This document shows positions 10,215 through 17,795 of a stretch of 64,000 nucleotides of DNA, in pieces. The stretch spans positions 2,496,001-2,560,000 of the forward strand of contig OY762654.1 in assembly GCA_963666205.1 (NCBI GenBank). The letters run 5' to 3'. The DNA is from Synergistales bacterium. GTDB taxonomy: Bacteria > Synergistota > Synergistia > Synergistales > JAFGMB01. The notes below the pieces were generated by a model, which ran no database searches, was not told the origin of the DNA, and saw only the letters and a program-made list of their open reading frames with translations. Position 1 is the first letter of the stretch; each line of letters opens with the position of its first letter. Position numbers and translations under genes: made by a program.

Positions 10215-10955
10215 GCAGGTCCTGACATGAGATTCCCCACTGAATTAGCAGATGCAGTAAACCGTCATTTCTCGCTCAACTTTGGAGGTGCTCCTCACGG
10301 TCCGTTGGGTGAAAGCGGAAAACCGACAGCCCATGGTACCTACATGGCAGTGAAGCAGGGAGCGAAATTCCTGTGGGGTTCTGAGTCTCTCAAGGGCAAG
10401 AAGATTGCAGTTCAGGGACTTGGAGCGGTGGGTTTCTATCTTGCGGAGGATTATCTCAAGGAGGGAGCGGAGCTCATCGTTTGCGACATGGACGAAAAGG
10501 CCATCAAGGCTCTGAAGGAAGCCCATCCTGAATCTTCAATCGAATCAGTAGACCCGAATGAAATTTATTTTGTGGATGCTGATATTTTCTCACCCTGTGC
10601 CATAGGCGGGATCCTAACGAAGGAACGGATAAAACAGATGAAGTTCAAGCTGATCATGGGTCCGGCAAACAACCAGTTGAAGGCTTCCAGCCAGGAAGAG
10701 GAATACGAGCTTGCCAGAGAGCTGGACAAGGCTGGGATTCTGTTCCAGGTTGCCTGGTGGCACAACGTAGGAGGCGTTATGTCGGGATACGAGGAGTACA
10801 CCAGGAGAGAAAAAGCATCCATGGATGAACTCCTCTCGAGAATCAAAATGATTTGTACAGAAGGAACGAAAAGAAATTTACACGGAGCAAAAGAACGTGG
10901 AATTACTCCTACAGAAATGGCATATAAAACGGTTGAGGACGAAATCTACTGTTAA
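9624..10955 (+). CDS. Glu/Leu/Phe/Val-family amino-acid dehydrogenase, paralog A
   Basis: GGIRR, GMTFKN and GGCK (two conserved Lys), GPDM, QGLGAVG Rossmann motif, PCAIGG, GPANNQL. About 100-aa N-terminal extension relative to typical LeuDH. Confidence 0.9.
   Translation: MKESLFEVLKAEGLTHLEIHYDWKNDKVLLYSAKEWDKDIRWSDYNRKFTQWSLLTENALYYNDKQTRELFDKNGLTGHLDKVIELMRKGRHILLDCYYWEKEDVRFINNIHSDRKGLNNRRSSLVMGGIRRHEPDEDEMDVLVDGMNLGRGMTFKNVAAQLPMGGCKITVQMKPIDLEDLDQVGFLAYANDRTRNTAGPDMRFPTELADAVNRHFSLNFGGAPHGPLGESGKPTAHGTYMAVKQGAKFLWGSESLKGKKIAVQGLGAVGFYLAEDYLKEGAELIVCDMDEKAIKALKEAHPESSIESVDPNEIYFVDADIFSPCAIGGILTKERIKQMKFKLIMGPANNQLKASSQEEEYELARELDKAGILFQVAWWHNVGGVMSGYEEYTRREKASMDELLSRIKMICTEGTKRNLHGAKERGITPTEMAYKTVEDEIYC
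10322..10765 (+). repeat. Direct repeat block 2 (444 bp), matching 11718-12161
   Basis: Offset 1396 bp. Covers the NAD-binding domain. Confidence 0.9.
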
Positions 10956-11019
10956 GAATCAATTTATGCGTGACAGATCAACAGCTGTATTTATTTTTCA
11001 ATAATAGGGAGGAAAGAAG

Positions 11020-12351
11020 ATGAAGGAAAGTTTATTTGAGGTTTTAAAAGCGGAGGGATTGACCCATCTGGAGATACATTATGACTGGAAGAATGACAAG
11101 GTCCTTCTTTATTCAGCGAAGGAATGGGACAAGGATATCAGGTGGAGTGATTATAACAGGAAATTCACCCAATGGTCATTGCTTACAGAAAATGCCCTTT
11201 ACTATAACGATAAACAGACTCGGGAACTATTTGATAAAAATGGTCTTACGGGACATCTCGACAAAGTCATAGAGCTTATGAGAAAGGGCAGGCATATCCT
11301 TCTCGATTGTTATTACTGGGAAAAGGAGGATGTGCGTTTTATCAACAATATCCATAGCGACAGAAAAGGTCTTAACAACCGCAGGTCTTCCCTGGTAATG
11401 GGAGGAATAAGGCGTCACGAACCGGATGAGGATGAGATGGATGTTCTTGTAGATGGAATGAACCTTGGAAGAGGAATGACCTTCAAGAACGTGGCAGCCC
11501 AGCTTCCCATGGGAGGGTGCAAGATAACGGTGCAGATGAAACCTATTGATCTTGAGGATCTTGACCAGGTTGGATTCCTTGCCTATGCCAATGACAGGAC
11601 AAGGAACACTACAGGTCCGGATATGAGATTCCCCACAGAACTCGCAGATGTTATGAAAAAACACTTTTCCCTTCATATTACTGGAGGACCTGAAGGACCT
11701 CTTGGGCCTACAGGTACACCGACAGCCCATGGTACCTACATGGCAGTGAAGCAGGGAGCGAAATTCCTGTGGGGTTCTGAGTCTCTCAAGGGCAAGAAGA
11801 TTGCAGTTCAGGGACTTGGAGCGGTGGGTTTCTATCTTGCGGAGGATTATCTCAAGGAGGGAGCGGAGCTCATCGTTTGCGACATGGACGAAAAGGCCAT
11901 CAAGGCTCTGAAGGAAGCCCATCCTGAATCTTCAATCGAATCAGTAGACCCGAATGAAATTTATTTTGTGGATGCTGATATTTTCTCACCCTGTGCCATA
12001 GGCGGGATCCTAACGAAGGAACGGATAAAACAGATGAAGTTCAAGCTGATCATGGGTCCGGCAAACAACCAGTTGAAGGCTTCCAGCCAGGAAGAGGAAT
12101 ACGAGCTTGCCAGAGAGCTGGACAAGGCTGGGATTCTGTTCCAGGTTGCCTGGTGGCACAATATCGCGGGAGTAATGGCTGGTTATGAAGAATATGTTTA
12201 TCAGGAAGAGGCAAAAAGCGAAGTTCTGATGGAAAAAGTTGGAAAGCTATGTACGGCTCAGACTTGGGAAAATCTGAATAAAGCAAAAGAAAAGGGAATA
12301 ACACCTACAGAAATGGCTTATATGAGTGTGGAGAAAGAAATATACGGATAA
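11020..12351 (+). CDS. Glu/Leu/Phe/Val-family amino-acid dehydrogenase, paralog B
   Basis: Same motifs and length (443 aa) as paralog A. Differs only in about aa 198-233 and the last ~62 aa. Confidence 0.9.
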   Translation: MKESLFEVLKAEGLTHLEIHYDWKNDKVLLYSAKEWDKDIRWSDYNRKFTQWSLLTENALYYNDKQTRELFDKNGLTGHLDKVIELMRKGRHILLDCYYWEKEDVRFINNIHSDRKGLNNRRSSLVMGGIRRHEPDEDEMDVLVDGMNLGRGMTFKNVAAQLPMGGCKITVQMKPIDLEDLDQVGFLAYANDRTRNTTGPDMRFPTELADVMKKHFSLHITGGPEGPLGPTGTPTAHGTYMAVKQGAKFLWGSESLKGKKIAVQGLGAVGFYLAEDYLKEGAELIVCDMDEKAIKALKEAHPESSIESVDPNEIYFVDADIFSPCAIGGILTKERIKQMKFKLIMGPANNQLKASSQEEEYELARELDKAGILFQVAWWHNIAGVMAGYEEYVYQEEAKSEVLMEKVGKLCTAQTWENLNKAKEKGITPTEMAYMSVEKEIYG

Positions 12352-12358
12352 TAATTCA

Positions 12359-12392
12359 ATGTGCCCTGAAATATTCAGGGCACATGTTTTTT
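12359..12392 (+). terminator. Intrinsic terminator after the dehydrogenase pair
   Basis: ATGTGCCCTGAA-ATA-TTCAGGGCACAT followed by GTTTTTT. Confidence 0.8.
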
Positions 12393-12412
12393 AACACACT
12401 ACTTAAGGAGAG

Positions 12413-13726
12413 GTGATCGTAATGGCCGCAACCAGAGAAAAGTTTGGATCAAATATGGGATTTATTTTGTCATCAATCGGATTTGCAGTAGGAGTGGGAA
12501 ATCTGTGGAGGTTTCCCTATCTTGTGGGGCAATATGGAGGAGGCGTATTCCTTGCCTTTTACCTGTTGATGGTTTTTGTTATAGGAATTCCTCTTTTTAC
12601 TCTTGAAATAGCATTGGGGAGTGCGTCACAGAAAAATCCAGTTGGAGCATATAAAACCCTCAAACCAGGAACTCCCTGGTGCATCAATGGTTATTTCAAC
12701 GTATTAGCCATGCAGCTTTTGCTTGGTTATACGATGCCTGTTGCTGGGTGGATCGTAGCATATATTTTCAAGACAGGGACAGGAGTATTTAAAGGAATGC
12801 CTCCAGAGAAGGTTGGAGAATATTTTGGTACTTTCATGTCCAATTCTCCTGAAGTGATTGGCTGGATGTCCATTATTGTCATTGCGGTAGTATTTATTAT
12901 TAGTCAGGGACTGAACAAGGGGCTTGAAAAGGCCAACAAGATCTTTATGCCGGCCCTCTTCATAATGTTGTTCATCCTTATATTCAGAGGTATGACCCTT
13001 CCAGGGGCATCTAAAGGACTTGTGTACTATCTTAAACCGGATATGAGCAAGTTTACCCTGGAGGCAGTCTATGCAGGAATAGGCCAGGCTTTCTTCTCTA
13101 TAGGAGTGGGTATGGCTGCAGGTGTAGTCTTTGGAAGTTATCTTAAAAAGGAAGACAAGAACCTTGTCAAACAGGGAATCATCATTGGGCTTTCTGATAC
13201 TGGTGCGGCATTCCTTGCAGGACTTATGATCTTTCCCGCTGTATTCGCATTCAATCTCGAACCTGCAGGAGGTCCGGGTCTGACGTTTGTTACCATGCCT
13301 AATGTTTTCAATCAGATGCCCATGGGAACCCTCTTTGGAGTAATCTTCTATTTCCTTTTCCTTCTTGCAGCTTTGAGTTCATGGCTAGGAGGAGCAGAGG
13401 CGGTTGCCGCTTTTTACATGGAGGAACTTGGGCTTACCAGAAAGAAAGCAGTGTTGCTTGTTGGGGTGATAATGTTTGGCATAGGTATTGCCGCAGCATA
13501 TTCCATGAAATTCTTCGGAATTGCAGATCAGATCCTGACCAATCTGCTTATCCTCGGAGGATTGATAATTTCAATCTTTGTTGGTTGGGTCTGGGGTGTA
13601 GAAAAGTTTGCAGAAGAAGCCCATATAACAAGTGAAGGGACAGTTAAACTCTGGAGTATTATGCTGAAATATGTCATTCCTGTAATAATAATCCTGTTAG
13701 CCCTTAATACTCATGGAATTATCTAG
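12413..13726 (+). CDS. Na+-dependent amino-acid transporter (NSS/SNF, LeuT/TnaT-like)
   Basis: GFAVGVGNLWRFPY, GQAFFSIGVG, GPGLTFVTMP, LLAALSS. Confidence 0.93.
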   Translation: MIVMAATREKFGSNMGFILSSIGFAVGVGNLWRFPYLVGQYGGGVFLAFYLLMVFVIGIPLFTLEIALGSASQKNPVGAYKTLKPGTPWCINGYFNVLAMQLLLGYTMPVAGWIVAYIFKTGTGVFKGMPPEKVGEYFGTFMSNSPEVIGWMSIIVIAVVFIISQGLNKGLEKANKIFMPALFIMLFILIFRGMTLPGASKGLVYYLKPDMSKFTLEAVYAGIGQAFFSIGVGMAAGVVFGSYLKKEDKNLVKQGIIIGLSDTGAAFLAGLMIFPAVFAFNLEPAGGPGLTFVTMPNVFNQMPMGTLFGVIFYFLFLLAALSSWLGGAEAVAAFYMEELGLTRKKAVLLVGVIMFGIGIAAAYSMKFFGIADQILTNLLILGGLIISIFVGWVWGVEKFAEEAHITSEGTVKLWSIMLKYVIPVIIILLALNTHGII

Positions 13727-13772
13727 ATATATCAAACAGGTATTGAAAGCCAGAGTTTAAGAACATAGAACC

Positions 13773-13807
13773 AGGGAGGTAGGAGATCAAATGCTTACCT
13801 CCCTTTT
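13773..13807 (+). terminator. Terminator-like hairpin between the transporter and iorA copy 1
   Basis: AGGGAGGTAGG...CTTACCTCCCT followed by TTT. Confidence 0.65.
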
Positions 13808-13840
13808 ACTGGAAGAATTTCAACGGAGGTGGAGTAACAG

Positions 13841-15700
13841 TTGAGTAACCGAGCGATATTACTTGGAAATGAGGCGATCGCCCGCGGAATAGTGGAGGCG
13901 GGCTGTCTTGTTGCGACGGCCTATCCGGGGACGCCGTCATCGGAGATACTTCCAGCGGTTGCGAAGTTTGCAGATGAACTGGGTACGAAGACAGCAGTTG
14001 AATGGGGAGCCAACGAGAAGGTAGCCTTCGAGATGGCAGCATCTGCGTCTTTCACCGGGATAAGGACCTGTGCAGTGATGAAACAGGTAGGGCTCAACGT
14101 GGCAGCAGATCCATTCATGAGTGCCGCCCACTTTGACCTTAAGGGCGGAATGCTGCTTGTGGTGGCGGATGATCCCGGCCCCCACAGTTCCCAGACCGAA
14201 CAGGATACCCGTTTCTTTGCCATGTTTGCCAAGGTGCCCTGTTTCGACCCGTCAACGGCAGCAGAGGCGAAGGAGATGGTATTTGACGGGTTTGACCTCT
14301 CGGAGAAGCACAACATAATAACCATACTTCGCCCCAGTGTACGTGTTGACCATTGCCGGCAGGACGTGGAGCTCAAGGAAGTCATATCAGTTGATAATAA
14401 AATGAACTTCGAAAAGGACCCCTCCAGATGGGTCTGCCTACCCGCAAGGGTGAGGGTGAACCATCCCAGGCTGAACGCAAAGCTTGAAGCCATAAGGGAA
14501 GACTTTGAGAGTAGCTACAGTAAGTATAACTATGAAGTTCCCTCGAAGGGAAAGGCAGAACTTGGTATCATCGCGTCCGGAGTATCCTTCTCTATAGTAA
14601 TGGACATTCTCAAATCCTGGGGCAGGGAAGACATCTCCGTCCTCAAGATAGGCACCCCCCATCCATTGCCCCTCAGGATGGTGGATGAGTTCGTAAAAAG
14701 ACATGAAAACGTGGTTGTCATTGAGGAAACATATCCCGTAGTTGAAATGCAGATCCCCGACAGGACAAAGGTCAAGGGAAGATGGAACGGATATGTCCCG
14801 AAAGCAGGGGAACTTCTTCCAGAAGTAATCGAGGAGATAATCCTTAAATGTCTGGGAGAGAAAGCAGCAGCAGGGGGAGCGGATCCGGATCTCAAGGCAG
14901 CCCTAGAGGACCTGGCCATAACGCCCCGCAAGCCCATGCTCTGCCCCGGCTGTCCCCACAGGGCCAGTTTCTTCTCCATCCGCCAGGCCCTTCCCAAGGC
15001 GGTAAATCCCTCTGACATAGGCTGTTACACCCTTGGAGTTAACCAGAAGGGAGTAGACGCCGTAATGGACATGGGAGGATCTGTGACCATGGCATCCGGA
15101 TTCTACCTTGCCCATAAAGTGGCAGGTGAAGACCGTCCCATAGTGACCACCATAGGTGATTCCACCTTCTTCCACATGGGACTGCCCGGCCTGGCAAGTG
15201 CCGTCTACAATAAACATGCCTTTGTTCTGGCTATTCTCGACAACAGCATAACCGCCATGACGGGAGGCCAGTCCCATCCCGGAATAGGAGCCAAGCTCCG
15301 CAAGGGAGAAGAGGGACGGGTAGTGGAGATAGAGGGAGCCTGCAGAGGTTGTGGAGTTAAATATATAAAGGTTATCAAAGCCTACGACATAGAAGAAGGC
15401 AAGGAGACCGTAAAGGAAGCCTGGGAATATGCGAAGGAACATGAAGAGCCTGCAGTGGTGATATTCAAACACCCCTGCATGCTTCTGAGAAGACCCCAGG
15501 AGAAAATACAGGTTTATGTGGATCCGGAGAAATGCATAGGCTGTAAATTCTGCATCAACTTCTTCAACTGTCCCGGTCTTGTCTTCGATGAAGAGAAGAA
15601 GAAGGCTTACATAGATGAACGTTTCTGTGTGCAGTGCGGAGTATGTGAGAACGTATGTCCCCACGGGGCTATCCTCAAGGTAGAAGGGGAGGAGGCATAG
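13841..15700 (+). CDS. iorA: Indolepyruvate:ferredoxin oxidoreductase alpha subunit, copy 1
   Basis: GNEAIARG, YPGTPSSE, MKQVGLNVAAD, CPGCPHR, TPP motif GDSTFFH...LDN, two C-terminal 4Fe-4S motifs. Confidence 0.93.
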   Translation: MSNRAILLGNEAIARGIVEAGCLVATAYPGTPSSEILPAVAKFADELGTKTAVEWGANEKVAFEMAASASFTGIRTCAVMKQVGLNVAADPFMSAAHFDLKGGMLLVVADDPGPHSSQTEQDTRFFAMFAKVPCFDPSTAAEAKEMVFDGFDLSEKHNIITILRPSVRVDHCRQDVELKEVISVDNKMNFEKDPSRWVCLPARVRVNHPRLNAKLEAIREDFESSYSKYNYEVPSKGKAELGIIASGVSFSIVMDILKSWGREDISVLKIGTPHPLPLRMVDEFVKRHENVVVIEETYPVVEMQIPDRTKVKGRWNGYVPKAGELLPEVIEEIILKCLGEKAAAGGADPDLKAALEDLAITPRKPMLCPGCPHRASFFSIRQALPKAVNPSDIGCYTLGVNQKGVDAVMDMGGSVTMASGFYLAHKVAGEDRPIVTTIGDSTFFHMGLPGLASAVYNKHAFVLAILDNSITAMTGGQSHPGIGAKLRKGEEGRVVEIEGACRGCGVKYIKVIKAYDIEEGKETVKEAWEYAKEHEEPAVVIFKHPCMLLRRPQEKIQVYVDPEKCIGCKFCINFFNCPGLVFDEEKKKAYIDERFCVQCGVCENVCPHGAILKVEGEEA

Positions 15701-15703
15701 AAC

Positions 15704-16261
15704 ATGCAGTACGTAATAGTAGGGATCGGAGGGCAGGGTATCCTTTTTTCCAGCAAGGTCCTGGGCAAGGTGGCCCTTTCCAGAAACGAGAACGTGATGG
15801 GCAGTGAAGTACACGGCATGGCCCAGAGGGGCGGATCCGTCATAAGCCATTTCAAGGTGGGAGATTACAGAAGCCCCCTGGTCAAGAGCGGTGATGCAGA
15901 TGTGCTTCTTGCCTTCGACCAGAATGAGGCGGTAAGGAATCTTCATTTTCTGAAAGACGGAGGCAGTCTCGTGGTCAATATATTTGACGAAGAGGCCTTC
16001 AGGAACGAACATCTCTCCAGCTACCTGGAGAAGCACAGTATAAAGGTTCATACAATTATGGGTTATGAAATTCTCAAGGAACATATGGGAGGGAACTTTC
16101 TTTTCCTCAACGTTCTTATCCTGGGAGCTCTCTGCGGAGCAGAGCTGGGAGACATAACCATGGAAGATGTAAAAGGTGCAATAGAGCAGCTTGCACCGGC
16201 TAAATTCAAGGACGCCAACCTTAAAGTCGTAGATCTTGGATATCAGGCCCTTAAGAGTTAG
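15704..16261 (+). CDS. iorB: Indolepyruvate:ferredoxin oxidoreductase beta subunit, copy 1
   Basis: GIGGQG and SEVHGMAQRGGSV. Confidence 0.92.
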   Translation: MQYVIVGIGGQGILFSSKVLGKVALSRNENVMGSEVHGMAQRGGSVISHFKVGDYRSPLVKSGDADVLLAFDQNEAVRNLHFLKDGGSLVVNIFDEEAFRNEHLSSYLEKHSIKVHTIMGYEILKEHMGGNFLFLNVLILGALCGAELGDITMEDVKGAIEQLAPAKFKDANLKVVDLGYQALKS

Positions 16262-16277
16262 TCATAATGTAACTTTC

Positions 16278-16305
16278 AGGGGGAGCCCTTTGCGGCTCCC
16301 CCTTT
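16278..16305 (+). terminator. iorB terminator, copy 1 (loop CTTTGC)
   Basis: AGGGGGAGCC-CTTTGC-GGCTCCCCCT followed by TT. Confidence 0.7.
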
Positions 16306-16620
16306 CCTATTGCATGAGTCGAAATATATAATCAAAAACGAAAAATATGCATAAATGAAAATCTTTAATCAGGCCTGAATCCATTATTCATAAATAATCA
16401 AGAACCAATCGAAGATAACTGGGAAATATGATAACTTTTGGATGGTTAGGGAAAATCTATTTGGCTTATTAAAAGTATATTTAATTCTGGATATGTTTAA
16501 CAATGTCTGTTCAACAAAGATGGTTTCTTCACCAATGGTTGATTCACTTCAAAAGGCCATAAAAAAAGAGGTTACCGAAATTGACTAACTAATCTTAATA
16601 ACCTCATTCATTCCTAGAAA

Positions 16621-16708
16621 TGGCGGAGGGCAGAGGATTCGAACCCCTGAGAGCTTGCACCCTAATTGATTTCAAGTCAACCGCCTTCGACCACTCGGCC
16701 AGCCCTCC
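16621..16708 (-). tRNA. tRNA-Ser(UGA)
   Basis: Reverse complement GGAGGGCTGGCCGAGTGG...GTTGA-CT-TGA-AA-TCAAT, long variable arm, GGTTCGAATCC, encoded CCA; 88 nt. Confidence 0.95.
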
Positions 16709-16718
16709 GTGCCGATAT

Positions 16719-16747
16719 ATTATATACACCCTTTCTGAAATAGCCAA
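16719..16747 (-). promoter_or_regulatory. Promoter of tRNA-Ser
   Basis: Minus strand TTGGCT, N17, TATAAT. Confidence 0.6.
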
Positions 16748-16830
16748 GTCTTTTTTCCAAAAATAATTATTCCAACATGTATAATTATTATCAATAACAA
16801 GCTAATTTTCTCTCCAGGGAGGTTTTATGC

Positions 16831-17244
16831 ATGGATCTTGAAAAAATTGCAGAAAAATATCTTTGCTCCGGTGGTTCAGTAGCTGTTATAGGGGCTTCGA
16901 CAAAGAAAGAAAGAACTTCCTTCAGGATAGTTGAGTTTCTCAAAGAGCGTGGTGTGACTGTCTTTCCCGTTAACCCTTCTTATATGGGCCAGGAAATTGC
17001 AGGGTCTTCCTTTTTTGCTTCCATAAACGATATTGAGAAAGAACTGGATATTGTTGATATCGTTGTCTCACCCAAATTTCAGGGGGAAATTGAGGAGGAT
17101 CTTATAAACCTTGGTTATAAGCCGGTAGTCTGGTTCCAGCCTGGGGCAGAAAATACGGAATTGGAAAAATCTCTTTCGGGAAAGGGATTTACCGTTGTCA
17201 GGGATGCATGCATCATGGTTGTTCAGGATCTTTATTGTTCGTAG
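16831..17244 (+). CDS. CoA-binding protein (YccU/YneT-like)
   Basis: VAVIGAS...FPVNP...VWFQPGAEN...DACIMV. Confidence 0.9.
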   Translation: MDLEKIAEKYLCSGGSVAVIGASTKKERTSFRIVEFLKERGVTVFPVNPSYMGQEIAGSSFFASINDIEKELDIVDIVVSPKFQGEIEEDLINLGYKPVVWFQPGAENTELEKSLSGKGFTVVRDACIMVVQDLYCS

Positions 17245-17248
17245 TTTA

Positions 17249-17290
17249 AAAAGAGTCAGAAAGAATTGAATTAAACATTCTGACTCTTTT
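17249..17290. terminator. Bidirectional terminator hairpin
   Basis: AAAAGAGTCAGAA...TTCTGACTCTTTT. Confidence 0.7.
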
Positions 17291-17354
17291 CTATTTGTCT
17301 TATCTATAGTATATAATCATAATCAGATCATCCGTTCGATTAGGAGGAGTTCCC

Positions 17355-17795
17355 TTGCCCCTTGAAGTAGTGATCTGCAGGCGTGTTCGTTACGGAGAAA
17401 CAGACCAGATGGGTGTAGCCTATTATGCCAATTACCTTACCTGGTTTGAGATCGGCCGGACTGAGTTCTGCCGGGAACTTGGAAGGCCCTATTCGTTCTG
17501 GGAAAAGGAAGGGATATTCCTTCCTGTAGTTGAAGCACACTGCAGATACAAACGCCCAGCCATGTATGATGACGAGATCCTTATCAGAACAGGTATAACC
17601 AGTCTAAAAAAATACAGTCTCCAGTTCCAGTGTCACATTGCGAAAAAGAATGACGGGAAGGTCCTTGCTGAAGGATGGACCCGTCATGGTATCGTTGATA
17701 GAGAAGGCAAGTTGATAAAGGGGGCCAATCTATTTATGGATTGGGTCAGAAGTGTGATCGAAAACGATAACGGAGGTGGAGTAACAGTTGAGTAA
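17355..17795 (+). CDS. Acyl-CoA thioesterase (YbgC/4HBT hot-dog family)
   Basis: RVRYGETDQMGVAYYANYLTWFEIGRTE. Stop overlaps the iorA copy 2 start. Confidence 0.92.
   Translation: MPLEVVICRRVRYGETDQMGVAYYANYLTWFEIGRTEFCRELGRPYSFWEKEGIFLPVVEAHCRYKRPAMYDDEILIRTGITSLKKYSLQFQCHIAKKNDGKVLAEGWTRHGIVDREGKLIKGANLFMDWVRSVIENDNGGGVTVE

Larger units (their letters stand above)
13822..16314 (+). repeat. 2,493-bp direct repeat, copy 1 (RBS-iorA-iorB-terminator)
   Basis: Matches 17769-20261 at offset 3947. Sense proteins and internal antisense ORFs are identical. The only difference I noticed is the terminator loop. Confidence 0.93.

Noticed and set aside
10215-12351. Diversity-generating retroelement (TR/VR) explanation for the variable dehydrogenase segments
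   Set aside because: The differences are not adenine-specific (for example CCT/CCG and GAC/GAT), and there is no reverse transcriptase in the window.
14903-16084. 393-aa antisense ORF (also at 18850-20031)
   Set aside because: A shadow of iorAB with no recognisable motifs; it is duplicated only because the sense genes are.
8500-16708. Genomic island integrated at the tRNA-Ser 3' end
   Set aside because: The catabolic block does lie off the tRNA 3' end with AT-rich flanks, but I found no duplicated tRNA 3' fragment and no integrase.
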